Origin: an uncultured Planctomycetota bacterium
Lineage (GTDB): Bacteria > Planctomycetota > Planctomycetia > Isosphaerales > Isosphaeraceae
Direction of reading: 5' to 3'
Length of the DNA: 64,000 bases
NCBI GenBank assembly: GCA_963845755.1
Contig: CAWJTV010000047.1
Span: forward strand, 192,001 to 256,000
In this document: piece after piece, positions 43,693 to 54,345 of the stretch
How positions within the stretch are numbered: position 1 is the first letter of the stretch
Layout: each line of letters opens with the position of its first letter
The notes under the pieces: model-generated
Database searches by the model: none
What the model was told of the DNA's origin: nothing
What the model saw: the letters and a program-made list of their open reading frames with translations, nothing else
Made by a program: the position numbers and the translations under genes

Positions 43693-44910
43693 ATGAGGGA
43701 TGTCGCCGAACAGCTCCGGATCCTCAAACGCGGCGTAGAGCAAATCGTCCCTGACCTTGAATTCCTCAAGAAGCTGGAGCGATCCGTCCGCGAGGATCGT
43801 CCGCTGCGCGTCAAGTACGGCATCGATCCCACCGGCATCGACGTTCATCTCGGGCACACGGTCCCTTTGCGCAAGTTACGCCAGTTCCAGGATCTGGGTC
43901 ACATCGCCGTGATCATCATCGGCAATTACACCGCCCTGGTCGGCGATCCATCGGGTCGGGACGAGACCCGTGCGAAACTCAGCCCGCAGCAGGTCGAATC
44001 CAACGCCCGAGATTACCTCACGCAGGTGGGACGGATCATCGACCTGAACCGGGCCGAAGTTCACCATAACGGCGATTGGTTTTCGAAGTGGTCGTTCCTC
44101 GATGTCCTCGACCTGACCCGACGCATGACGCTCGGCCAGATCGCCGCGCGGGAAGACTTCGCCAATCGGATCGCTGCCGAGAAACCCGTCTATCTCCACG
44201 AGTGCCTGTATCCCCTGATGCAGGGCTGGGATTCGGTCGAGATTCGCGCGGACGTCGAGCTCGGCGGCACCGAACAACTTTTCAGCTTGCTGGTGGCACG
44301 AGACCTCCAGGTGTCGCAAGGTCAGGAACCGCAGGTCGCCATGACCATGCCGATCCTGGTGGGGACCGACGGCGTCCGGCGGATGGGCAAGAGCCTGGGG
44401 AATTATATCGGAGTCGCTGAGCCGGCGGAGAACCAGTTTGGCAAGATCATGAGCGTCCCGGATGGGCCGATGCGGCAGTATTTTACGTTGCTCACCGAGC
44501 TGCCTATGGACGAGGTCGACCGCCTCCTCGGTGCGGGAATCAACCCGAGAGATGCCAAGGAAATGCTGGGGAAAGCCGTCGTTGCGCAGTACAACGGGGC
44601 GGAAGCCGCTGACAAGGCTGCCATGGAGTTTCGTCGCCGGTCCTCGGGTGAGGATCCCCTCGAGATTCCCGACATAACGCTTGCCGCCGGCAAGCTCGAT
44701 TCCGATGGTCGAATTCCGGTCTTCGTCCTCGTCAAAGAGCTAGGTCTGGAATCCAGCACGTCAAACGCCCGCCGCGTCATCGCACAGGGGGGTGTTAACA
44801 TCGGTGCGAATCGCGAGTCGATTGAAGATCCCAAGGCCCTGATCGCGGTCACCGACGGCTTGATCGTCCGGGTCGGCAAGCGCAAGATCGTGCGAGTGAA
44901 GTTGGTGTAA
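43693..44910 (+). CDS. tyrS: Tyrosine--tRNA ligase
   Basis: GIDPT..DVHLGH, YPLMQGWDS, ELGGTEQLF, KMSKS-equivalent RMGKS, C-terminal S4 domain. GGGAG before ATG 43693. Confidence 0.96.
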   Translation: MRDVAEQLRILKRGVEQIVPDLEFLKKLERSVREDRPLRVKYGIDPTGIDVHLGHTVPLRKLRQFQDLGHIAVIIIGNYTALVGDPSGRDETRAKLSPQQVESNARDYLTQVGRIIDLNRAEVHHNGDWFSKWSFLDVLDLTRRMTLGQIAAREDFANRIAAEKPVYLHECLYPLMQGWDSVEIRADVELGGTEQLFSLLVARDLQVSQGQEPQVAMTMPILVGTDGVRRMGKSLGNYIGVAEPAENQFGKIMSVPDGPMRQYFTLLTELPMDEVDRLLGAGINPRDAKEMLGKAVVAQYNGAEAADKAAMEFRRRSSGEDPLEIPDITLAAGKLDSDGRIPVFVLVKELGLESSTSNARRVIAQGGVNIGANRESIEDPKALIAVTDGLIVRVGKRKIVRVKLV

Positions 44911-45032
44911 AGCGGGCCTCTCGTATTTGGCTTCCCCAGACGATCGGTGGTGATGGGGCTCGGCATTGCGCCGGGGATCATGGGGTCCCCGCCGCGACCA
45001 ACGAGATGGCCCCAGAACAAGGCGGATTCAGC

Positions 45033-46088
45033 ATGGCACAACATGGATTCGGCATCATCGGCTGCGGGATGATCGCGGAGTTCCACACCCGGGCGATCAA
45101 CGAGATCGCGAACGCCCGCGTGGTCGCCGCCTGGAGCCGCAATCCCGCCAACGGCGAGAAGATTGCCAAGCTGGCCACGGGAGGCTGCGCGATCTACGAC
45201 GATCTGGATACCATGCTCGCGCATCCGGGCCTGGACGTGGTCTGCGTCTGCACCCCCAGCGGCGCCCACATGGAGCCGGCTGTGAAAGCGGCGCAGGCCG
45301 GGAAGCACGTCGTTGTCGAGAAGCCGCTGGAGATCACCCTGCCGCGTTGCGACGCGATCATCGCGGCCTGTAACGGCGCGGGCGTACGGCTCTGCACGAT
45401 TTTCCCCTCCCGCTTCACGGCGGCCAACCTCCGGCTCAAGGAGGCGATCGACATCGGCCGGTTCGGACGGCTGACCCTGGGCGATACGTACGTAAAATGG
45501 TGGCGGACGCAGCAATACTACGACTCGGGCGGCTGGCGCGGCACCTGGGACCTCGACGGCGGCGGCGCCTTGATGAATCAGGCGATCCACAATGTTGACC
45601 TGCTCTACTGGCTGATGGGCGATGTCTCGGCGATCACCGCGATGACGGCAACCCTGGCGCACGAGCGGATCGAGGTCGAGGACACCGCCGTGGCCTCGCT
45701 GCGGTTCAAGAACGGGGCGCTCGGCGTGATCGAGGCCGCGACCAGCGCATTCCCCGGGCTCTTGAAGCGCACCGAGATCCACGGCGACCGCGGTTCGGCG
45801 CGGGTCGAGCAGGACGACATTACACTCTGGGACTTTCAGGAAAAGGTCCCCAGCGATAACGAGGTCCTGGCTGCCATGGCGGGCCAGAGTGGCTTCAAGG
45901 CCGGCGCCAGCGACCCGCGCGGCATCACCCACATCGGTCATCGCGACCAGTTGGTCGATTTCCTCCAGGCGATCGATGGGGGGAGTGAGCCGCTCGTCGA
46001 CGGCCGCGAGGGCCGTAAGTCAGTCGAGATCATCCGCGCCATCTACCGATCGGCCGAGACAGGCGCCCAGGTCACGCTTCCGCTGTGA
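45033..46088 (+). CDS. Gfo/Idh/MocA family oxidoreductase
   Basis: GIIGCGMIA, CTPSGAH, HVVVEKP, WRGTWDLDGGGALMNQAIH. Confidence 0.93.
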   Translation: MAQHGFGIIGCGMIAEFHTRAINEIANARVVAAWSRNPANGEKIAKLATGGCAIYDDLDTMLAHPGLDVVCVCTPSGAHMEPAVKAAQAGKHVVVEKPLEITLPRCDAIIAACNGAGVRLCTIFPSRFTAANLRLKEAIDIGRFGRLTLGDTYVKWWRTQQYYDSGGWRGTWDLDGGGALMNQAIHNVDLLYWLMGDVSAITAMTATLAHERIEVEDTAVASLRFKNGALGVIEAATSAFPGLLKRTEIHGDRGSARVEQDDITLWDFQEKVPSDNEVLAAMAGQSGFKAGASDPRGITHIGHRDQLVDFLQAIDGGSEPLVDGREGRKSVEIIRAIYRSAETGAQVTLPL

Positions 46089-46190
46089 CGATTGATCCAG
46101 GCCGCCGGCATTCGCTGTCGAACGGCGAATAACGGTCATCCGCGATCGAATACCCCAGAAACCTCGACCTGCTCGAAAGGCGGAATCGCC

Positions 46191-47388
46191 GTGTCCGCGC
46201 AGTCCTCCGCCGGACACATCCGGTGCCGGGTCACTTTCGATGAACGCGACGGCTTGAGGATCACGATCCCGGCCGACGCCAACCCTGTCGGGGCTGCTGT
46301 GCTTGGCTCCATCGGAATAGTGACCGGTCTGGCCATTCTCCTGCACTGCTGCCCATTCCAGGGCCTGGGCTTCCTGGGAACTCTCGGTAAGGCCGCGTCA
46401 ATACCCCCGGGTTGGTGGTTTTCGCTCAGTGTGGTTTCCTTGTTTTGCCTTATCGGGGCTGCCTCTACGGTCCTCGCACTGCGATCTCGTGAGGTTATCC
46501 AGATCGATCGTGAGACGATCGCGATGAGGACCGAGGGTTACTACTACCACTTCGGCCGCGGATCGGCGCAAGCCTTTTCCCTCTCCCACGTCCGAAACCT
46601 CCGATATGCGCCGGCGCGGCACCGCAGCAGGGGTCGTGGGCCCCACGGTTTCTCGATCGCCTTCGATTCCAAAGGCTCAACAGGGCGATTCGGTTTCAAT
46701 CTCTCCGAGGAAGAATCCCGCCGCCTGATCAAGACTATCAAGGCTCGTTATCAGATTCCGGCCAACCGAGTCGAATCACTGCCGGTCGAGCATTTCGATG
46801 GAAATGGGGCGCGTCGTCTAGACGAGAGGAACACGAGGAGGCGCTCATTCTCCCCTCCGATTCGCTCGCGCGTTGCCTCCGACGAGATCAACGGCTTCGT
46901 CATAACCATACCGTCCTCGTCGATCGAACTTCCAAGCTGGGTTGTCGTTGGCGCTTGCACAGTATGCGTGCCTTTCATCTCGATCATGCTGTTCGGACTT
47001 TTCGCATGCGTCATCGGTCCCTTTCGTGGTACGCCCATCCCCCTCTCCGTCTTCTGGATCACCACCGCACTATCAGTCCCCATCGCCGCGCTCTTCGGCT
47101 TCCGCGAACCCGGTGACGGCGAGGTCATTCAGTTCGTGGACGATACCTTGATCCTGGCGAAGAAGAGCGGTGCATGGAGTCGGAGACGTGAGTTTGACAT
47201 AGCAAGAATCAGAAACCTGAGGCTCGTCACAGGGACGGACCAGAGAATCGCGTTCGACTATCAGGGGCAAGACCCATCGGTTTGGAAGCGATCTGAGCGA
47301 GACCGAAGGCCATCGCTTGATCAAAACCCTCTATGATCGCTATAAAATCCCGGAAGACGACGAACCGCTACCAGTTGACGTCCTGTGA
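46191..47388 (+). CDS. Membrane protein with an internally duplicated two-TM module (frameshift near 47270)
   Basis: Two homologous halves (IR.RV..DE..G..ITIP; IAFD..G.T.RFG..LSE.E..RLIKT...RY.IP). The second half is completed in the shifted frame, stop at 47388. Confidence 0.7.
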
Positions 47389-47406
47389 ATTCCTCACGTC
47401 AACGGA

Positions 47407-48369
47407 GTGACGAAGATGTCCCGCGAGAAGATCCGACGGCCATGGTTCGACTACCTGGTCTACCTGTTCGTCCGGCTCGTGGTCGCGCTTGCGCAGACCC
47501 TGACCATCGAGCAGTCGTATGCTCTGGCGCGCTTCCTGGCCTGGATCCTTTATCAGGTCGATGCGCGGCATCGCAAGGTGGGGCTCGAGAACCTGGCCGT
47601 GGCCTTCGGCGACCGATACACCGAGACTGAGCGTGACCAGATCGTTCGGAACGTGTATCTCCATTTCTGCCGGATGCTCATGGAGATCCTCCACACTCCG
47701 AGAAAGCTCCATCTGTCCAACTGGCGGGACCGGGTTGTGCTGGTCGGGCACGAGCCGATCATGGACCAGCTCATCACGGGTGGCCGCTCGATGATCTTCC
47801 TGACCGGCCACTACGGTAACTGGGAGCTGGCGGGTTACATCTTCGGCCTTTTCGGGTTCCCGACGGTCTCGGTCGCTCGGGCGCTCGACAATCCTTATCT
47901 CGACCGCTATCTTCGATCGTTCCGCGAGCGGACCGGCCAATCCCTCATTCCCAAGACGGGAGGCTTCGACCAGATGGTCGAGGTTCTCCAGAGCGGCCGG
48001 GTGCTCTCATTTTTGGCCGACCAGGACGCCGGTCAACGCGGTTTGTTTGTCAACTTCTTCGGCCGGCCCGCCTCGACCCACAAGGCCATCGCCCTGCTGG
48101 CCCTCGACCACAAGGCCCCTGTGGTCGTCGGCGTCGCGCGCCGGATCGGGCCCGGCTTCCGCTACGAGATCCGCTGCGAGGAGATCATCGACCCCTCCCA
48201 GTTGGAGGGCACCGCGGATGATGTCCGCGTCCTCACTCAGCGCTTCACATCGGCCCTCGAACGTCTCATCCTCCAGGACCCGACTCAGTACCTCTGGCTC
48301 CATCGACGCTGGAAACATCAGCCGAAGGTCAAACCCGCGGGGCCGGCGGTACCGGCTACGACCGGATGA
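47407..48369 (+). CDS. Lipid A late acyltransferase family (LpxL/HtrB-like)
   Basis: GHYGNWE, FLADQDAG, VNFFGRPAST, QYLWLHRRWK. Confidence 0.9.
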   Translation: MTKMSREKIRRPWFDYLVYLFVRLVVALAQTLTIEQSYALARFLAWILYQVDARHRKVGLENLAVAFGDRYTETERDQIVRNVYLHFCRMLMEILHTPRKLHLSNWRDRVVLVGHEPIMDQLITGGRSMIFLTGHYGNWELAGYIFGLFGFPTVSVARALDNPYLDRYLRSFRERTGQSLIPKTGGFDQMVEVLQSGRVLSFLADQDAGQRGLFVNFFGRPASTHKAIALLALDHKAPVVVGVARRIGPGFRYEIRCEEIIDPSQLEGTADDVRVLTQRFTSALERLILQDPTQYLWLHRRWKHQPKVKPAGPAVPATTG

Positions 48370-48396
48370 GCGCGATCCGGACCGGCAGAGCCGGCA

Positions 48397-49889
48397 CTAC
48401 TTCGCGAACATCTGCTCGACCGGAACGATACGCACGGAGACATCCTTGAGCGGAAAGACGGCAATCTGCTTGTCTTCGGCCAGGACGTCTTCCGGGGTTC
48501 CCTGTGTGTCATAGTTCAGCGGCGTCGGCTTGCCGGATATCAGGGTCTCGCGGAGCCGAGCCGCCTCGGGCGCGACGATGGCGACCTTTATCCCTTCGGC
48601 CTTGAGGTGCTTGCGCACGGCGGCATTAACCTGATCGACCGTCAGCTTGGGCAACCGATCGGCCAGTTCGGTCACCAGGTCCGTCTTTCCATAGAACTCA
48701 CCGTCGATCGCGTAGCCCAGCCGTCGCGAGAGGGTCTGGACCCAGAGCTTGCTGTAGTTGAGCAGGAAGGCGCGCGTCGCCTCGAATTCCTGCGGCGACA
48801 TGCCGTGCTGCACGAGACGATCGAGCTCCCAGAAGGCCGCGCGGAGGGCGAAGGCCGCCTTGTCGTTGGGCACGGGCCGGATCCAGATCGAGAACTCCTG
48901 CTGCCTCCTGGGATTGTTCGGGACCGGGAAGGTGCTACCACCCTCCTGGATGAAATCCTCGATGTAAGAATAGTCGCCGTAATTCAGCCCGCGCTTGCCG
49001 CGAAGGTCCTGCATCAGCTTGCCATTGAACGTCCGGTGCTCGCCGAGATACGAGTTGGCGACGGCCAGGGCGTAGAAGTCGTCATCGCGGCGAGTCACGT
49101 CGATCGGGAAGCCGATCGAGATGGCCGTGGCATCGGCCGGCTTCTCGACGATGGTCACCTCGAGACCCCGGGGATGCCGGGCGCGGGGAGCGCGGGGACG
49201 TCGAGTCGAGCGCGCGCGAGTGGGAGCCGCTGATCCAGGGAGGAGACCGTTGACCGATCAAAACCGCCCGCGAGGCCCAGGGTCATCGCCTGTCGCGTGT
49301 AATGCGGTTCGGTGAAACTCCTTCACATCCTCGAGCGTGATCGATTTGAGACCCTGTTCCGTACCCACGTCGGGATGACCGTATGGGTGATCCTGGTAAA
49401 GCTCGACTATCAGGGTCCACTTGCCCAGCTCCTCGTCATTATTGCCGCGAAGGAACTTGGTCACGTAATCAAGCGCCTCGTTCCGGAGCCGCTCGAAGTC
49501 CTGGGGGTCGAACCGGGGCTGGGCGATCATCTCGGTCGCGAGGGAAGTGTATTTTTGGAGGTTGTCCTGGTGGACGACTCCGGAAAAGACGGTGACCTCC
49601 TTGCGGCAGGCCCCGCTCAGCGACGCGGCCATGGGGTAGAACGCCTCGAGGAGCTGGTCGTAGGTCAGTGTCTTGGTTCCCCCCTCGGCGACCATCGAGG
49701 CGGTCAGAGCGGCCAGGCCTTCCTTGCCCGGCGGGTCGCTCTGCGAGCCGGCCCGCAAGACGAACCGGAACGCCACAGCGGGCTGGATGTTGAGCTCAGG
49801 AGCGTCTGGTGGATTTGTGGCGCGGCCTTGGGCTCGTCGGCCGGCGACCCGGCGGCCGTCAGGCTCATTGCGATGATGAACGCCGTCAT
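48397..49889 (-). CDS. M16 peptidase non-catalytic subunit (frameshifts near 49776 and 49150-49305)
   Basis: AGSQSDPPGKEGLAALTASM (no HXXEH), HPYGHP, LRGKRGLNYG (R/Y motif). Signal peptide at 49889. Confidence 0.85.
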
Positions 49890-49925
49890 TCGTCCCAGCC
49901 CCCTCGCAAAGCGATCGCTCCGCGG

Positions 49926-51286
49926 TCATTTCTTCGTCTCCGTCTCGAGGATGATCGCCGTCTCGTTGCCCGATCGAAAATACTTTGCCGCGACGCGCTG
50001 GAGGTCCGCCGGCGTAAGGCGGTCGTAGGCGGCGTACAGGACGTTCATCGAATCCGGGTTGCCAGTGACGGCCACGGCCGTCCCGACCGCGTCGGCCACG
50101 TCGTCGGCGCTCTCGAGCGAACCGGCGAACGCGTAGCGCAAGTGCGACTTGATCGCGTCCAGGCGCGACGAATCGACCGGTTTCGCCGCCGCCTCGGCCA
50201 GGGCCGCCGCGATCCGGCCACGCACCACGGCCAGATCGTCCGGCTTCCTCACCCGCACCATGATCGTGAACAGGCCCGGGTCGCGCTTCGACTCGGCTTC
50301 GGCCTGCAGCATGACGACCTTCTGCTCCTTGAGGACAAGCTCCTGGTAGAGCAGGGCTGGTCTCGCCGAAGACCGCCTGCGCCAGCGCCCCGAGCGCCGC
50401 CGTGTCGGGATTCGTAGGATCCGCCTCGGGAATGTGATAGCCCAGGTAGAGGATCGGCAGAGTCGGCAACGGCCACGTCAGCCGCGCCGACTTCGAAGCT
50501 CGCCTGAGTCGGCTCGTCTGGAATCGTCACGGTCGCCGTCCCTCGCTTCCAATCGCCGTACGATCGCTCGATCAGGGCGACCAGCGCCTCGTGCTTCACA
50601 TCGCCCGTCACGATGATCGTGCAGTTCTCCGGTCGGTACCAGCGGTCGAAGAACACCTTGCTGTAGGCGTACTGGTTGGGCATGTCCCGGATGTCGGCCA
50701 GGAAACCAATCGTGGTGTGCTTGTACGTGTGCGTCGTGTAGGCGGTATCCTGCATCACCTCGTTCAGCTTGAGGAACGGCGACGACGCACTCTTGTTGTA
50801 CTCGCCCAGCACCGCTCGGGCTTCCTTCTGAAATGCGGGCTCATCGTATTTGAGGTTCCGGAACCGGTCCGACTCGATCTCGACGGCCTTGGCCAGGGCC
50901 GACGCTGGGATCGTCATGTGGTAGCACGTCCAGTCGTCGTTCGTATAGGCGTTTGAATCCGCCCCCAGCGACTTGAGTACGTCGTTGTATTTCTCCTGGG
51001 AATACGCCTCGGTCCCCCGGAACATCATGTGCTCGAAGAAATGGGCGAAGCCCGAAAGCCCCTTCTCGACCTCGTTCCGCGACCCGGTGCGGACGATGGT
51101 GTAATACGCGATGATCCCCGGCGAATCGAACGGCACCGACAGGACAGTGAGACCATTCTCCAGCACGGACTTGTGAATCGGATATGGGAAGATCGGTGCC
51201 GTCTGGCTCGCCGCGGGCTCCGCCGCCGAAACGGACGACGGGACGAGCAACACGGCCAACACGGACAGTTGCATGAATCGAGTCAT
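49926..51286 (-). CDS. M16 zinc peptidase catalytic subunit (frameshift near 50355)
   Basis: GSRNE...GFAHFFEHMMFRGT (HXXEH), NAYT, EARAVLGE, YRPEN. C-terminus is in the 49926..50312 frame. Confidence 0.9.
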
Positions 51287-51417
51287 TCCTGTTGAAACCT
51301 CCTTGGAGAAATCGAAGACTCACATCGGAGTCGCTCCCGGTCGGTCCTGTCAATGGGAAAAGAGCGAACCAACCAACGCGAACCGCCCGCGCGTCCGCGA
51401 GATGGCAAGAATTGGGA

Positions 51418-52011
51418 TTAGACGGGGAGATACATGACTGCCGTCCTGGTCGCCGAGGCAACGATCCAGCCCCAGCCGACGGCCCGACCGAGACGATCAA
51501 TCCCGCATGGTTCCGTGCGCCAAGGCCTCAAACCGAGGACTGGCCAGAGCAGGAGCAAAGTCAGATCCTGGATGAGCCACGGCGGGAGCTCGAACTCGCC
51601 GAGCCATTCGAGGTTGAAGATCAGAATGTAGCCGATCGTAGCGGCCAGGCAACTGACGAATCCCGCCTGTCGGACCAGTTGCCCTCGTGGAGGACGAGGG
51701 CTACCCAGCCGCAGCAAGAGTTGCGCCAGTGTCAGGCCCTGGAGCACCGCGATCAAGACCTGGAGGACGAATTCATCCAGCATCTGGGCGGTGGCCAGCC
51801 TCTGCATCTTCTTCCAATCGGGACCCATGATCGTCGCAGAAGCGCCGAGGTGCGCATACGCCTGCGACCAGAAACCGGTCCGAGCTGAGATGCGAGCCCA
51901 CCACTCGGTAGGTTTCAGCGAGGTCAGGGTGATGGCGATCACCCCGATCAGGATCAGCAGGTCTCCGAGGTTGAATCGTCGTGGACGGGGTTCCCCCGCG
52001 CCAGTGGCCAA
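51418..52011 (-). CDS. Hypothetical membrane protein
   Basis: RRFNLGDLLILIGVIAI N-terminus and about five hydrophobic segments. Fits between co-oriented neighbours. Confidence 0.7.
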   Translation of the reverse strand: MATGAGEPRPRRFNLGDLLILIGVIAITLTSLKPTEWWARISARTGFWSQAYAHLGASATIMGPDWKKMQRLATAQMLDEFVLQVLIAVLQGLTLAQLLLRLGSPRPPRGQLVRQAGFVSCLAATIGYILIFNLEWLGEFELPPWLIQDLTLLLLWPVLGLRPWRTEPCGIDRLGRAVGWGWIVASATRTAVMYLPV

Positions 52012-52029
52012 AGCCCACCCCCCTACGAA

Positions 52030-53112
52030 CTACCGTGTCTCAAACCGCCGTTTCGGGCCATCCTCGCCGAGCTGAACCGTGAACCTCGATCCGTCCGGAT
52101 CGACCAGGACCCGGATGATCCGACCGCCCGATTGGTCCGGGTTGGCGATGAGCGACGGCTCGGTGTTCTCCTCGGCGGTCGTGGCCACGTTCCGATGGAG
52201 TTGATAGGCCGCCTCGATCGATGCAACCGACCGAAGCCGCTTGACCGTGGCTGGTGCGCCTCCCTTGCGCGGACCATTGTTCATGATGGCCACCGTGGGC
52301 GCGATCGTCTTCAACAACGTCGGATGGTTCGAGATGTCCATCCCATGATGGGTCACCTGGTAGAGGTTGACCTTGCCGACCAGGTCGATGGGACACACCA
52401 GCTTCTTTTCCACATTCCAGGTCAGGTCGCCGGCGTCGAAGAACTGGAACTTTCCCAGCGTGAACAAGACGACCAGACTGCGGGCATTATCCGAGGGATC
52501 AACTGGCTGGTCGGCCGGGACGTCGGCGCAAGAGGGATTCGCCGGAAGGGCGCGAAGGTTCTCATCGCGCCGGCCCGGTTCGATCACCTGGCCACCGGAG
52601 GCCAGGACGAGGCCCCTCACACTCTTGAGAGGTAGCGAGTCGCCTGCCCTGAGGGTCTTGCGCTTCCCCTGGCTTGCGTCTCGATAAGCCTTCCCCAGCG
52701 GATCGTCCGGTTTCGGTCCGTCGGGGAAATCGAGTCGGGCGTCGCCGTCCTCAGGGAGCCCTCGGTCCCAGAAATGATCGATCCGAACTCGTTTGGCCAG
52801 CCCTCCAACTCCACCGAAATGATCCCGATGCCAGTGAGTGGTGACCAGGTGGTCCAGATGGTCGCAGCCTGCCAGGTCTTTCAAGACATGTGCGATCCGC
52901 GTCGGGTCGCGATCGCCCTGGCCCGGCCAGCCCGAGTCGATCAGGATCGACTCACGCTCGGGGGTGACCACCAATGTCGCGGCACCCCCCATCACGTCGA
53001 TGAAGTCAATCTCCAGGCCGGGTGGCGAGGCCGACGACTGCGCCCTTGCCAGTCCCGTCCAACCCACTCCAATCGCAACAATCAGGAGACATACACGGAT
53101 TTGTGAGTCCAT
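52030..53112 (-). CDS. Secreted MBL-fold hydrolase (ComEC/Rec2-like)
   Basis: IDVMGGAATL, LIDSG, THWHRDHFGG, AGDL, HHG, signal peptide ARA|Q. Confidence 0.9.
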   Translation of the reverse strand: MDSQIRVCLLIVAIGVGWTGLARAQSSASPPGLEIDFIDVMGGAATLVVTPERESILIDSGWPGQGDRDPTRIAHVLKDLAGCDHLDHLVTTHWHRDHFGGVGGLAKRVRIDHFWDRGLPEDGDARLDFPDGPKPDDPLGKAYRDASQGKRKTLRAGDSLPLKSVRGLVLASGGQVIEPGRRDENLRALPANPSCADVPADQPVDPSDNARSLVVLFTLGKFQFFDAGDLTWNVEKKLVCPIDLVGKVNLYQVTHHGMDISNHPTLLKTIAPTVAIMNNGPRKGGAPATVKRLRSVASIEAAYQLHRNVATTAEENTEPSLIANPDQSGGRIIRVLVDPDGSRFTVQLGEDGPKRRFETR

Positions 53113-53659
53113 GGTTTTCAACCCTCCCCGTGGTAACACTCGCTAGTCAACGCTTGTCACCAAGCGTCCAAGAAAACAATCGACCCGCGGCTCAAGTCCT
53201 GTCTCTAAACATTCGTATATAAGAACTCAGTGAACCTTCGCTCACGTTCGGGTTTTCCGCGGGTGGTAAGGATTTACGGAGATGGCCGTTTGTCTCGCAA
53301 TCCGAGTGGCTTCGGTGCAAAAATACAACAGCCCTTGCTTTTTTTTCAGAATTTGTAAGTCAAAGCTTCTTCGAAGGTTAACCGTGGGGATTCGCAGAAT
53401 CTACTTCATACCGATGCCAAATACCGAGAAACTTTGTAGAATAAGAGGAGAGAGCAAGCGACGGGTGCACAGCGCGAGGCACGTCCCCAGTTGCTTCTCC
53501 CCTTCTCAAGGTTGATCAACGGTCCTCCATCGAGCTCGCCGAAGTATCGGTTCCGGCCCGTTGGCTTCGGGTCCATCCACCGCCACCCCGTGGTGGCCCT
53601 CTCATCGTCCCTGTAAGAATGCATGGATTTGCTCTTTCTCCACAGGGAGTCTTTCTAGC

Positions 53660-54136
53660 ATGACCGCCTGCACCATAATCACGATCACAGGTGACGAGCA
53701 ACTGCTGGGGCTTCTCCAGAAAGGGCTCCACGATCAGAACGGTGGAGGAAGCCGGATGATCGTGGCGGCCACTACCGATGAAGCGTGTTCTTTGCTGCCG
53801 ATGGCCGAGCCCCGGCTCATCGTCGTGCACTGGAAACACCAGGGTAGTCATTATGAGGAGCTCAATCGACTCCTCTGGCAGACCACGGTCCTGGCCCGGC
53901 GCGTCCCTGTACTGATCATCGCCGATCGATATCGCATCGACCAGGCAACCACACTGTTTCGAATGGGCGTGACCGACTACATCAGCCGCACCCATCATCA
54001 GGATCAGTTCGGGCAGATTCTGGAGTCGTACCTCAAACGAGCTCCCAGCTCGGGGTCGCAAGCGGTGGCGGTATCCGATGAGCCCGTCAAGTCTTGGTCC
54101 GCGATGCCACCGTCGGTGACCGCACAAGTTGTCTGA
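53660..54136 (+). CDS. Single-domain pseudo-receiver (CheY-like)
   Basis: REC topology (PRLIVV, VPVLII, MGVTDYI). His stands at the phospho-Asp position and Arg at the conserved Lys. Confidence 0.65.
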   Translation: MTACTIITITGDEQLLGLLQKGLHDQNGGGSRMIVAATTDEACSLLPMAEPRLIVVHWKHQGSHYEELNRLLWQTTVLARRVPVLIIADRYRIDQATTLFRMGVTDYISRTHHQDQFGQILESYLKRAPSSGSQAVAVSDEPVKSWSAMPPSVTAQVV

Positions 54137-54345
54137 CGTTCGTTCAGAGTGCCTTCGGATCCTCGGAGCAGAGAAAGTCAAGGAGTGGCGTCACTCATCT
54201 AATCGCCTCAGTCTCTCCCCGAGATTCGCGGTTCCTTTCGTATCAACAGGACCGCGACTCTCCGGGAGACCCCATTTCATTTCCACCCACACGCTGGGAG
54301 TTCGGTTTGGTTTGCTGTGAGGGGCGCTCAGGCTAACTCCTCGAT

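Noticed and set aside
44403..45941. 512 aa minus-strand ORF
   Set aside because: Antisense to tyrS and the Gfo/Idh/MocA gene.
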